Assembly: GCA_963693365.1 (NCBI GenBank)
Contig: CAVNZM010000003.1
Coordinates: 5,519,999-5,583,998, forward strand
Reading direction: 5' to 3'
Length of the DNA: 64,000 nucleotides
Source: Amoebidium appalachense
Taxonomy: Eukaryota > Protista > Ichthyosporea
Shown here: in pieces, positions 42,974 to 53,540 of the stretch
How the letters are laid out: each line of letters begins with the position of its first letter
Position numbering within the stretch: the first letter of the stretch is position 1
Translations under genes and position numbers: made by a program
Notes under the pieces: generated by a model
What the model was told of the DNA's origin: nothing
Databases searched by the model: none
Seen by the model: the letters and a program-made list of their open reading frames with translations, nothing else

Positions 42974-43573
42974 CCATACCAAAAACACTCTATTTAGCTT
43001 TGATAGTTTCGTTGTGTAGCTTCGTCGACACCCAGATCGGGCGATTTCATTGGCTGAAATGTTTTTTTCGTGATTGTGATTGGCTGAATATCACAGTTAG
43101 CTACTTTAGCAGGATAGCTGGATGTTTTTTGGGGTCCCTGCACAAACACACACACACACAGCTCTGTACTTATTTTTTGCCATGAATTGACTTCATTTTT
43201 ATCCAGCTAACATAGCTAAAGAAGCTAAATCGTATTAAAATATAGCTAAAAAGCTAATTTCTATTAGTGAAACTTGGTTTGGGTTTAGCTTCGTGTGTGG
43301 CGACTTTAGCTTCGTTGCAACAGTGAGTGACCGTGTATCTGTATTTGGTCTCTGTGTAACTGCTCTGTAGAGGGGTAACGTTACTCAGCACGCGAGGCAC
43401 GCGAGGCACGCGAGGCACCCGCGCCCCCAGCCCCCCCAGCCCCGCCCAGCCACCCCCGCCCCCCACGCGCCGCAACATTGTCGGGCGCCCACACAAGGTC
43501 GAAAGTGCGATGTGTGATTGTCAATGGGTAACCCGGTTGGGGCGGCACGCGAATTTTATGTGTGCGGTATGTG

Positions 43574-43987
43574 ATGACGGACACCGAGCTTGAGTTCGCA
43601 CGGAACATGGTCGTATACGAGCTGGCCGACCGGCTGGAAGGCATCGAGGACACGCTCACCAAGGTCGGGCGCATCGACGTGCTGACGGACCACCAGATCG
43701 TCCAGGTCGAGCAGCTGGCCGACTGGAAGACCGCCATGGCGAACGTGCTGGCGAACCACCACTTCCACCCCGACAAGGAGATGCGCGTGCACCTGTTCAA
43801 CCACGGCCCGCCCGTGCCCGCCGAAACCATCGCGCACGCCATGAGGATCATGGACAAGCACGAGATCATGGTGACGTGCGAGGAGGACATCCTGTACGGG
43901 CTGTTTCCGGTTGGGCCCCACAGTGCCCCCCCACCCGTGCACACGGCACCCGCCGCTGCGCCAGAGGCTCGGAAGTCCGGGCGTTGA
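43574..43987 (+). CDS. PD-(D/E)xK-like domain of the type found at the C-terminus of NCLDV KilA-N proteins, probably inactive
   Basis: GRIDVLTDHQIVQVE..WKTAMANVL...PDKEMRVHLF against the usual GxIDxLT..IIEVK..WKHAxGQ...P....IHLF. Confidence 0.6.
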   Translation: MTDTELEFARNMVVYELADRLEGIEDTLTKVGRIDVLTDHQIVQVEQLADWKTAMANVLANHHFHPDKEMRVHLFNHGPPVPAETIAHAMRIMDKHEIMVTCEEDILYGLFPVGPHSAPPPVHTAPAAAPEARKSGR

Positions 43988-44360
43988 TGGCGTGACACCT
44001 CCCCGGGGCGCGGGTGGCTGGGGGTGGCTGTGGGGGGCTGGGGGTGGCCGACGGGGAACAATAAAGGAAGCACGAACACACCCGGCGCGAGGCAGGCGAG
44101 GCACGCGAGGCACCCCCAGCCCCCCCCAGCCCCCCCAGCCCCGTGTGTGAAGGAGTAGAATATGCCAGTCTTATTGATTATACGATGTTGGTGCGTGATC
44201 TGGATAGACATGCGGCGAGTGATTACGTGAGACGTAACTTTGATGACGAAGTAGAAACCAAAAGCCTGAACATGAGGCTTTTGAGATTTGGCGATTCCCC
44301 AAGACATTTCAATGGATAAGCACCAACCTGCCCTCAGCACGACTGAGGGCGCCACGCGCA

Positions 44361-44370
44361 GGTATAAAAG
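44361..44370 (+). promoter_or_regulatory. GGTATAAAAG TATA-type viral promoter box (also 40854, 47978, 59443, 60162; GGTATAAAGG on the minus strand at 63295)
   Basis: 42-60 nt upstream of the ATG in six genes. Confidence 0.75.
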
Positions 44371-44407
44371 GAGCACACACGGCCACCTGGGGTCAGTCTG
44401 ACACAGC

Positions 44408-45325
44408 ATGGCTACCGGACAGAACAACTCAAAGGTGGACATGTCGCTTCTGTGGAAGGAGTTCCCCCAGTTCAAGGATGCAACGGTCCGCGTCGACAAA
44501 GCCAGCAAGATGGCAAGTGTCCTCGATGTTCTGCAGCTGATCTTGGAGAGCAACGAAGCGGCCAAGAAGTCGTGGCAGCGAATTCAGTTGTCCGATGACT
44601 ACAAACAACTCGAGGAAAAGATGGGGACTCTGTGTCCCCAAGTCCGGATCAATGGCACTGGCAAACTTACCCCGGTTGCCCCCTTCCGCACCCTCCTCGA
44701 GATCATCTACCTGCTCCCTGGCAAGCGCGCTCATGATTTCCGTAAGACTTCTGCCCAGTACATGGCGCGCCTCCTCTCTGGCGATTTGCTTCTCATCGAG
44801 GAGATCGAGGCCCGCTTCGACAACAGCAGCCCCGAGGAGCGCGAGTTCTTCCGCAACGGCACGGACGAGACCCCTGACCGCAAGCGGCGCCGCGAGGAGC
44901 TGGAGGAGGAGCGGAGGCTGCGTCTGCGCCGGGAGGAGGCGGAGATCACGCGTCTCGAGAGGGAGAACCAGAAGATGGCTATGGACAACCTCGCCCAGTA
45001 CGAGGCGCTGCTTGAGCGCCTGGGGCTGGACCGTGACCCGCGCATGCGTCAGCTCGTCAACGACTCGGTCTCCAACATGCTGCTCCCCAACCAGGGTCTG
45101 CGAGCCATCGAAGGCACCACCCTCTCCGACTATGTCACGGTGGGGAAGTTTGTGGTCGACCGTGGCATCAAGTGCAAATCCGCCTCTGCGCTCGGCCGCA
45201 TGGTCAGCAAGGCCTGGCGTGACAAGATGGGGTGCGAGCCCGAGACGACGCAGATGGTGGTCAACGGGGACGTGCGCACGGTCAAGCTGTACCCTGTGAG
45301 CTTCCTGGCGAAGCACGTTGTGTAG
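44408..45325 (+). CDS. Bro-N-like DNA-binding protein with coiled coil (viral multigene family), paralog 1
   Basis: ASVLDVL..RINGTGKLTPVA..EIIYLLPGKRAHDFR..RLLSGD; highly similar to 60210..61142. Confidence 0.8.
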   Translation: MATGQNNSKVDMSLLWKEFPQFKDATVRVDKASKMASVLDVLQLILESNEAAKKSWQRIQLSDDYKQLEEKMGTLCPQVRINGTGKLTPVAPFRTLLEIIYLLPGKRAHDFRKTSAQYMARLLSGDLLLIEEIEARFDNSSPEEREFFRNGTDETPDRKRRREELEEERRLRLRREEAEITRLERENQKMAMDNLAQYEALLERLGLDRDPRMRQLVNDSVSNMLLPNQGLRAIEGTTLSDYVTVGKFVVDRGIKCKSASALGRMVSKAWRDKMGCEPETTQMVVNGDVRTVKLYPVSFLAKHVV

Positions 45326-45640
45326 TTTATAGTGGCCGAGGCACACCAACCAGCATCTATTGGATACGACAGGGGACCAATTGGTCAAAGTGACCAATTG
45401 CTCATTTGGTAAGGGAGGGAAGTTGTCACCTGCTGTTCCGGACCCAACGACATACCTTCAAAGTTTCGTTTCTTCAATCGCAGTAGCCCAACGACATACC
45501 TTCAAAGTTTCGTTTCTTCAAACAGAGGAAATGTGCAGGCCGCAATAAATAAAACACAACCAGCTCTGGGACCTCCCCCGCCCACCCCCCAACAAACAAG
45601 AACACCCCTGCGCCCACAACTATTATCCATGCACACGGTA

Positions 45641-46038
45641 ATGTACGCGCTCGTTGCTCTACTTGCACAAGCCGCCGCCGCCGCCGCCAGCTACGTGACC
45701 GTGACGGCCCCCCCCCGACGCCGGCGCCAACCACCCCGACGCCCACCCTCACCCAACCACCCAGATGCACACGGCTCGTTGCGCAGACGGCCGCCGCAGC
45801 GCCCGTGTGCTCGCAGGTGCCGGTGCCGGGGGTGGGGTGCGGGTGGCTGTGCCGCACGGTGGTGCCGCAGAATCCGTCGCTCGTGCCGTGCAACCAGTTT
45901 GTGGGCTGCAACCTCTACCGACCGGACCCCAAGACCGGCGGGGTGCTGCGGTGCAAGCGGCGCAGGGCCACGTCGATGCCGTGCGCGCCGGACTTCTGCT
46001 GCGTCAAGCCTGCTGGCATCGGTGCAGCAGGGATATAA
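45641..46038 (+). CDS. Secreted Pro/Thr- and Cys-rich protein, frameshifted in a C-run near 45710
   Basis: Signal-like MYALVALLAQAAAAAA; after the shift PTPAPTTPTP..C..CGWLC..CNQFVGC..C..CC. Confidence 0.5.
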
Positions 46039-46164
46039 ACTCTTTTGCATATATCGGTCACAGAATGGACGCAATCCCCCCCCCCCCCCCCACCCCGCGC
46101 GGGAACCCATCCGAAACTGTCCCAGGGAACCACCCATATGTCGAAAAATTCGGCTGTTGTGTAG

Positions 46165-47676
46165 ATGGCTTCAACACAGACATTGTCGGTAAAGCCCTAC
46201 TGCTTCTTCAAGTTTGTCAAACGCAATACCCAACATTTCAAGTTGGAAGACGCACATCTGAAACCCCGCAACACCCAGACATACAAGTGGGCTATGGGGG
46301 ACGTCTGTCTCTCCATCAACTTGTGGAGCACTCAAAATGATGTCGAACCAGTCTGTCTGACCTGTGTTACATCTCTGGTTTTTGAAGCAGGGCTGGGTGG
46401 CTACAGATTGTTGTTTATTTGTATGCGTCAAACAGCTAGTACGGAATACAAGTTTGCTGTAAGGTATGATTCAAAAAGCCGGTTTCTCGTGGACCAGCGG
46501 AAGCACCGTTTCGGGTCGATTGTGGTGAAGTGTGCTCCCTACGTGGCCGAAAAGTACAAACAGGCTATTGTCCCTGGAAGACCCACGCCCTCGGACATGA
46601 TGGAGGACATACAAAAAACGTGGCCACTTCTATTTGACTGGTACAACGGCCTCGTTGATCTTCAGAAGTCACTGGCCGAGCTGATTGGGGTTGGCTCCGT
46701 TGAAGCCTCACCGGCTGTGGCAGGGTGTGGCGCCAGGTCTCGGGACAACACCTTCGTACTGCTGCAAACCTATCTGCCAAAATCTGTTCGTTTTTCCCCT
46801 GGCACATCCCTCAAAATAGAGCATAATAGTGATGCTGTCCCCAAGTCCACACCAGCACTCAGTGTTGTGACGGACAATGGTAAAATGTCCACTTGGAAGG
46901 TGTCAGCAGGAAAGTGGGGTTTCAGATGCCCGAAAGCATTCGTGTCGAACCTCTCTTCATGGCTGAAAAGCCAAGAACGTGAGCGCTACTATATAATGCA
47001 TGTGTCGAGCCCAGAGCATGCTTCTGTTGTCATTATCGATTCGCAAGTCAAGGTGGTCGAGTGCTTTAACATGTCTGCCCCGGCAGGGCTAATCGCTGAC
47101 GCCCTCTGTATGTTCCTTGAGGGGGCCGGTTACACTGGAAGCTCGAAAGTTCTGCGCACCTACCAACACGAATCTGTATGTAAGAGCCTTCAGACAAGTT
47201 TTAGGAGGGTTTTGTATGAAGAACTTGTCGATAGAAACGAAATACACGACTCGGCATGTGCCTCCTGGTTGATGGTCTACATACTCCTGCGCACGTCAAG
47301 CTTCGACTGGGGTTCCCAACCGGGCAATGGAAACACCATTGGGGAACGGGTCTGCAATCATATAACGACAAAGCTTGAGAAGGTGGACAGAGGATTCCGG
47401 GCAGTCTACAAAATCGGGGCCGTGCTGTCCCTGTACGGGAAGCAACTGACCGAACTCTACTGGGCTAAGATGCATGGAGGAGAGATAAATGTGGTGCAGC
47501 CGAATCTTGATGACCCACGGTACACACAGGTAATAAGAGAGGTAATAACCAAGAAAACGGTCGTGTTGACCGATGCCGAGCTTGAAGCCGCAGGACTGCC
47601 GAGGCGCAGGGATGGAGAGCGGCTTGTGGAAGACATCGCGAAAGCAGCAGCGACAACTCCGAATGCAAGTGTGTGA
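46165..47676 (+). CDS. Putative CE-clan (Ulp1/adenain-like) cysteine protease, paralog 1
   Basis: HASVVIID..VECFN..SLQ..SACASW (H-N-Q-C order); paralog of 55585..57090. Confidence 0.6.
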   Translation: MASTQTLSVKPYCFFKFVKRNTQHFKLEDAHLKPRNTQTYKWAMGDVCLSINLWSTQNDVEPVCLTCVTSLVFEAGLGGYRLLFICMRQTASTEYKFAVRYDSKSRFLVDQRKHRFGSIVVKCAPYVAEKYKQAIVPGRPTPSDMMEDIQKTWPLLFDWYNGLVDLQKSLAELIGVGSVEASPAVAGCGARSRDNTFVLLQTYLPKSVRFSPGTSLKIEHNSDAVPKSTPALSVVTDNGKMSTWKVSAGKWGFRCPKAFVSNLSSWLKSQERERYYIMHVSSPEHASVVIIDSQVKVVECFNMSAPAGLIADALCMFLEGAGYTGSSKVLRTYQHESVCKSLQTSFRRVLYEELVDRNEIHDSACASWLMVYILLRTSSFDWGSQPGNGNTIGERVCNHITTKLEKVDRGFRAVYKIGAVLSLYGKQLTELYWAKMHGGEINVVQPNLDDPRYTQVIREVITKKTVVLTDAELEAAGLPRRRDGERLVEDIAKAAATTPNASV

Positions 47677-47735
47677 TATATCTGTGATATCTCTGGCTTG
47701 CTTCTCTTTCATACTAATTATGTGACAGATACGCG

Positions 47736-47811
47736 TGGTTTGATTGGTACGAGCTGAAGGGGACAAAGCAGCTCATTGCCAAGTTGGACGGAAAAATCTG
47801 CAGTGCAGATA
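47736..47811 (+). pseudogene. KilA-N fragment; direct repeat of 49765-49840
   Basis: Encodes WFDWYELKGTKQLIAKLDGKICSAD. Confidence 0.55.
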
Positions 47812-48031
47812 ATATTGTGCGGTCAGATATGTGTTCGCTGTTGTCGGGTCGTCCGACAATTGTGATCAACATCCGAATGAGACAATAATCATCATCCCTG
47901 AAATTCAGGGTTCATTAGTTTGGTGCCCAAACTCACCATCACCATCGATTTTGGCACCATCGGTGGTTAGACCTGAAGGTATAAAAGGAGCAGTCCAGAC
48001 CATAATTCATCATTCTGCAGCAACCATCAAG

Positions 48032-49599
48032 ATGGAGACAACCCAGAACATGGACATCAACAACAACATGCAGAGCGACAACATCGACAGCATGGACACG
48101 GACGACAGTATGGAGGAGAACGCATCCCTTGAGGACACCATCCGCACCCTTCTGCTTGACCCCGAGCGCTCCCGCATCCGCTACTGGGCGCTCCTCTCCG
48201 ACCACACCGACCTGCACGAGCGTGCCGCCACAGCCCTCGGCGACACCAAGCGATTTGGGGTTGTCGCCCAGGACACCCGCACCCTGCCGTCCGGCAAGAC
48301 CCTGTCCCTCGTCCGCCTGCGTGAACAGGTGCACGCCACCTCCGTGCGTGGTGTACTCGGCGACCCCTCCATCAGCATCTGGAAGGTGGCGGACAACAAG
48401 GCCCTTGCCGAAGCCATGCGCCAGCTGCCCACGGCGGTTCCGGGCATGGACCTCGACGGCGACGGGCTGGCCGCGACCCTGTTCAAGTTCGGAGAGGGTG
48501 GTGGTGACTGGAGCGGCAAGACCATCCGCTGCACCAACACCGTGCCCCGGAAAGCTTCCGTGTTGGACGTGCTTGCAGCCATTGGATATGCAAAACCTGC
48601 CAACGACAAATTATGGAGGATGAACTCCTTGCTAGTGATCCGTCAGTGATTAACTCAGCCCATGATTCGGGCTGGGTTGATCATCAGAGCGTGCAACCCC
48701 GGTCGCCGATGCCAAATGCCTGGTGCGCATCATCCTGGCCCTGACCGGTCCCAAGGTTGCTGCTTTCAAGGCTGCGGCCGCTGAGCTCATCGTGCGCTAC
48801 CTGGGTGGTGACGAGACTTTGGTTGACGAGGTGCGCGCCAACCGTCGTCTTCAGGAGTCCCTCCCCGAGGGCAGCGGCGCTCGCCTGTTCGGGGAGTACG
48901 TGGAGAACGGGGGTGCCGGGGGGATCCGAGGAGCACGGGGCTGCCTACTGGCAGACGCTGCTCCAGAACATGCAGCGCACAATCGAGGACCGGAACATTA
49001 CCATCGAGGAGCGCAACAAGACCATCCGAGACCGGGACACCCTCATTGAGCAGCAGCAGCTCATCATCGAGTACAGCAAGTCCCACGTGGCCCGCCTCAC
49101 CAGCGCCCTCAACAGCACGGCCCAGGCCTTCACCCCCCGCATCCTACCCGAGGACCCGGACAGCTCCGCCCTCGGGGGCACAGGCAACCCCTTCCTGCGT
49201 GACCGCCTGTACAACCTTCCCCGCAGCGTCACCGCCGCCATGTTTGGAGGGTCTACCAAGGGCTCTGTTGGACTCGTGCGCCGCTATGTACTCGAGGTGC
49301 TGAACGTGGAGATCTACACCGACAAGCCCGACACGGCAGTGGTGGGGGTCATCGGAGCTGACATGGCTATCCAGCGCGCCATCAAGCTGCGCTCAGCACT
49401 CGGCTGGGGACGTGCGGTCATGTCCACCGAGATCACTGCCCGCCAGGCCTACACCATCTTCTTGGCCACGGCGGTTTGGCTGGAGGGGGAGGCACCCCCA
49501 ACCCCGGAGGTTGCCGAGTTCAAGTACACGGCGCAGGTGTTCAGGAACGCATACGAGGGGCTGGTCCCTGCCAGCGTGCAGCCCAGACTGGGCTGTTGA
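48032..49599 (+). pseudogene. Multidomain Bro-N-like protein with frameshifts near 48610-48690 and ~48920
   Basis: IRCT..KASVLDVL in one frame, TPVADAKCLVRIILAL..AAELIVRYLGGD in a second, coiled coil in a third. Confidence 0.7.
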
Positions 49600-49764
49600 T
49601 TTCTCAGGCATGCTTTTTCATACCCTGAGCTAGGTTAATTGTCATCCGTGTAGCATTACAGTCTCCATGAAATAAAGCGCTTTATTCTTACATCTTCCCC
49701 GACCACCCAGGCCTGCAGAACAGGTACCACTGTGACAGCCCGGGGTGGGGGGCGCAGACATTTT

Positions 49765-49900
49765 TGGTTTGATTGGTACAAGTTGAAGGGGACAAAGGAA
49801 CTCATTGCTAAGTTGGAGGGGAAAATCTGCAGTGCAGATATGCAGTCAAGCTCGACACAGACAACCAACGGGCCAATCTATACCTCTGGTCCATGGGACC
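49765..49900 (+). pseudogene. KilA-N fragment
   Basis: WFDWYKLKGTKELIAKLEGKICSADMQS. Confidence 0.55.
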
Positions 49901-49945
49901 GGAAGCCGGTCTATAAGAAACAAATAAAGAGATGAATTGCTTTTT

Positions 49946-50555
49946 TTATTTTGTACACTGTCTGTTTGCTTGCATATGCCCTCTGCGTGACCCCCCCTTC
50001 TGATTCCGACAGAACAGGTACCACAGACCGTGCAGCAGCGCATCCGCCATGTCGTCCTTCTTGCCCTCCCGCCCAAACTTGTCCCGCCACCCCTGCTCAC
50101 TCTGCAGCTTCAGCGCTTGCTGCGTGTCGACCACCGCACGCCGCTTGTACACCGCATACGCCGCCTTGCCCGTCTCCGCGGGGGCCATTCCGTGGCGGGC
50201 GAGCCACGCCCCGCACTGGTTCTTGCGCGTGCCGTGCTGCAGCACCACGCCGGGCCCGTGGCCATTGGTCAATCTGAGGGTGAGGAAGTACGCCTGCAGC
50301 GCGTGCGCCAGCACGCTCAGCTTGGTGACCATCTGGCGCTCGATGACGACCATGTCGACGTCCGCGAACAGCGCGCGGTCCTCGTGCAGCCGGCGCAGCA
50401 GCAGCTCCACCAGCACCGTGGCCGTGGTGTCCGGGTTGCCCACGAGCCAGCGGTCCCACGTGTGGATGATGAAGGGGGTGGCGCGGGTCGTCGGTGGTGC
50501 TGAGCACGCACACCACCAGGTTCAGGAAGCCGACGTCGATGGCGGCCACACGCAT
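49946..50555 (-). CDS. Holliday junction resolvase, poxvirus A22/RuvC-like; +1 frameshift in the G5 run at 50474-50478
   Basis: AAIDVGFLNL, VVIERQ, KKDDMADALL catalytic motifs. Confidence 0.85.
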
Positions 50556-50632
50556 TGTGGGGGTGGGGGTTGGGGGATTCCCTTTTATGCTTCCCTGCCC
50601 AACTCGTTTACAAGAATATTGTTGGCACAGGC

Positions 50633-51148
50633 ATGGGAACCGGGACTTCACACGCCACATGGGGATGGGACGCGGATTACGACCACGAGGTGTTTATCGA
50701 CGGCGGCTCGGATTTGGCCGAAATGATACCACGGCTGGGCCAGCCGAACACATTCTACTTGCAGCTGACACTGCCGTGCGAGGATGTGTTGTCCGGGCAG
50801 GAGTCGTTTCTGTTCTTGATCGAAAGCGCACAGGCGCGGGAGCCCTGGATGATCCATGGGAGGGGGCACTACAACTGGCTCATGGTCGGGCGGCTCGAGG
50901 GGGTCCCCGTCGTCGTCAACATCATCTTCTTCGGTGACGAGGAGGAGGACAGGTTTGGCGTGTTCCTCATGGAGACGTTGTCCGATCCCCAGTACACCGA
51001 CCGCTACCAGCAGTTCCAGGAGCGCGCGCGTCACTGCGGCATGGCTGTGGCGCGCCGTGCGGCGTACGCGACATTCGAGTCCTTCTCGTTCGTGCCTAGG
51101 TTCCCACAGGTTGAACGCCCCGCTGACAGGGCGGCTATGGGCGGGTAG
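50633..51148 (+). CDS. Hypothetical viral protein (MGTGTS.., possible myristoylation)
   Basis: ORF with GC3-rich codons, divergent from the resolvase. Confidence 0.55.
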   Translation: MGTGTSHATWGWDADYDHEVFIDGGSDLAEMIPRLGQPNTFYLQLTLPCEDVLSGQESFLFLIESAQAREPWMIHGRGHYNWLMVGRLEGVPVVVNIIFFGDEEEDRFGVFLMETLSDPQYTDRYQQFQERARHCGMAVARRAAYATFESFSFVPRFPQVERPADRAAMGG

Positions 51149-51149
51149 A

Positions 51150-51405
51150 GGTAATCTCAACCTCCAAAGCTTCTTGTATGTCATCGGCGACTTCATCACC
51201 CCATGGATATCAGTTTCTGCGAGTACACTGCTAACCGACCCCTTGTCTTCTGAATTGAGTTCCCCGATGACCTCACACCACTTTGGACGAAACAAAGGAT
51301 TGGCATCAGTGACAAAAGCAGTAGCTAAATCCAAAGTGATCCAAGTACCCCGAAGGTACTCCTTGTCAATGCCCTGGGACTGATTCCGAGGGTGGTCATC
51401 TAACC
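51150..51405 (-). pseudogene. C-terminal half of a KilA-N domain
   Basis: EYLRGTWITLDLATAFVTDANPLF resembles KilA-N GTWVHPxLAxxFAxWxSPxF. Confidence 0.55.
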
Positions 51406-51537
51406 TGACCCGCCCTGCACGTCAAAGGTGTTCTCCCAAATCGAAGGAGAAGATTCTGACCCGCCCTGCAACCTGCCCTGCACGTCAAAGGTGTTCTATT
51501 CCCACCCCTACCGGTCCAAAGACAAATGTGATCTAAA

Positions 51538-52011
51538 ATGGCTACCCTCATACCCCAGCCACCAACGTACACATCGGTGATCCACTCGCAACCCTCAGCT
51601 CAGAGAGTGGTTATGCGGGATGGAAAAGTTCTGAAGGAAGGGGAGATAACGCCTATTACGGACACTGAAGGAAACGTGCTTACATATGGAGAAGTACGGA
51701 AGGGCGGTGAGTTGTGGGTGAATGCTACCTATATTGCAAAGCAGTGTAAAGCACGATGGCACAACTGGATCAGATTGGAGGGAAGCAAGAAGTTGGTGAA
51801 AGCGATTGAAAGACTGAACGGTAAAACTTCTCTATCAAGCCTTGACTCAGATGTGAGTCTTGACCATGACTCAGATGTGAGTCGCGACCGACTTGTTGAC
51901 TCAGATGTGAGTTTTGGATTAGTATCACCATTCAGTGATCCCTGCACTCAAAGGTGTTCTCCCTCATCGAAGCAAACGCGCAGGAAATATTTGGGAGTCT
52001 GTTTTATTTAA
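51538..52011 (+). pseudogene. KilA-N protein, N-terminal half only
   Basis: WVNATYIAKQCKARWHNWIRLEGSKKLVKAI; the GTW motif is missing. Confidence 0.75.
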
Positions 52012-53362
52012 CCGCGACCAGCGCCGAGAAGCACCCGGTCACACGCGTCCCGGTCTCGTCCACCACCACCAGTCGCAGCGTGTCGACGTGATCCAGCGTC
52101 CCCAAGATCTGCGGGCTCGCCAGCATGTCGTCCACCGCCCCGCCCGCCGCCCCCTGCACGCCCGGCGCCATGATGCGCCCCTGCAGGTTCGTCTCGCCCT
52201 GCATGACGTGCACCATGAGCGCCCCCCGCGGGCCCAGGGGTGCATCCGTCCCAAACACGCACTGGATGTTGTCGCCCTGGCACGGCAGCTGCTGGTCGCC
52301 CTCCTCCACGGCCGCATGGTCTCGCCCGTCGAAGTAGCGGGCCAGCGGAGGCAGCCCCGCTGTCAGGCTGTGGCTGACGTGCGCGCCGGCCGCCATTCCC
52401 AGCACGCTCCCGAGCCCCCGGCACACGTCAAGCGAGAACGTCGGCACCGACGCATACGGCAGCCAGTGCTTCATGGTGTCCGGGTCCATGTTCTTGCGGT
52501 GGTGGATGCTGATGACCAGTCGCCCGGGCAGCGCGAGCTTCGAGGGCGTCATGAGGTTGTACAGCGTGTTGTGGAACGGCCACTGGATGCGCCCGTGGGT
52601 GTCACGCTCGTTGGCCAGCTCACGCCACGCCCATGCGTTCTCCCTGTAGTACAGCTGCGCGAGCATCAGCGCCTCGAATGCGATCTCGTCGCGCGGGCCC
52701 TGCCGGCGTGGCGCCCACCGCGTCTTGCACACAAAGTCCTGGTGCCTGGTCCACGCCTCGCCGTTGCGCTCGGCGTCCCGGCGCAACCGCTCCGTGTGTG
52801 TGACGCTGGCGTAGTAGGGCAGCGTGTCCGGGTACATCTCCAAAATGTCCGCCACCTCCTCGGGGCTGTAGCTGGGGTTGAAGCATGCGGCGATGGCGGC
52901 GTCCAGACGCATCTCGAGTTCGGCGCACAGGGTGTCCAGGGTGTAGTTGCCCACAGGCAGGTACACGTCGGTGGACGCCTTCACCCACATGCCTGGGGGC
53001 CGGCCGTCGGGCGAGTCCAGGTACGACAGCGACAGCGTGAGCTTGTTGGCGCCCTCGCACACGTCGTACACGCTGTGCGCCTTGATGCCCTCAACACGGA
53101 TGCCGTGCACGGACTGGGTGGCGGGAAACTCCACCTGCAGCGGCCGGCACTCGGACCCGCCCGTCACGAAGTGGTAGCGCCACTGGCCCTGCGGCGGCTG
53201 CGGGGGCTCGACACGCGGGGGCGCCTCGCTCGGCACCGACACGCTGCGGGGGGCCGAGGGCAGGGCTGGCCCGTGCGGGAACGCTGCCCGGCGCGCCACG
53301 GCTGCCGAGAAATCGATGTGGGACGCCATGTCGTCAAGGATGCGGGAGCGCGCATGCGACAT
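52004..53362 (-). CDS. Putative penton / minor capsid protein (single jelly-roll with insertion)
   Basis: YDV..ANKL..VYLPVGNYTLDTLCAEL, LGSVLG, C-terminal TLRLVVVDETG. Confidence 0.6.
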   Translation of the reverse strand: MSHARSRILDDMASHIDFSAAVARRAAFPHGPALPSAPRSVSVPSEAPPRVEPPQPPQGQWRYHFVTGGSECRPLQVEFPATQSVHGIRVEGIKAHSVYDVCEGANKLTLSLSYLDSPDGRPPGMWVKASTDVYLPVGNYTLDTLCAELEMRLDAAIAACFNPSYSPEEVADILEMYPDTLPYYASVTHTERLRRDAERNGEAWTRHQDFVCKTRWAPRRQGPRDEIAFEALMLAQLYYRENAWAWRELANERDTHGRIQWPFHNTLYNLMTPSKLALPGRLVISIHHRKNMDPDTMKHWLPYASVPTFSLDVCRGLGSVLGMAAGAHVSHSLTAGLPPLARYFDGRDHAAVEEGDQQLPCQGDNIQCVFGTDAPLGPRGALMVHVMQGETNLQGRIMAPGVQGAAGGAVDDMLASPQILGTLDHVDTLRLVVVDETGTRVTGCFSALVAVK

Positions 53363-53540
53363 TACATTGGGGCACAATAAAAAAGAAGCCAGCTCTAGAC
53401 ACAAGATCAAACAGCCATCAAATTGGCCATATACACGACAAAGAAAAACAAGGTTGCCAAATATCTTTGTAGCAGCGTGCACCCAAACCAGGGGGCAATG
53501 GAAATGCCAGCCTTTCTTACATTTGTTCATCTGATTCATG

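Noticed and set aside
44429-45397. Long antisense ORFs (also 51935..53380 + and 60285..61310 -)
   Set aside because: Antisense shadows of GC3-rich viral genes
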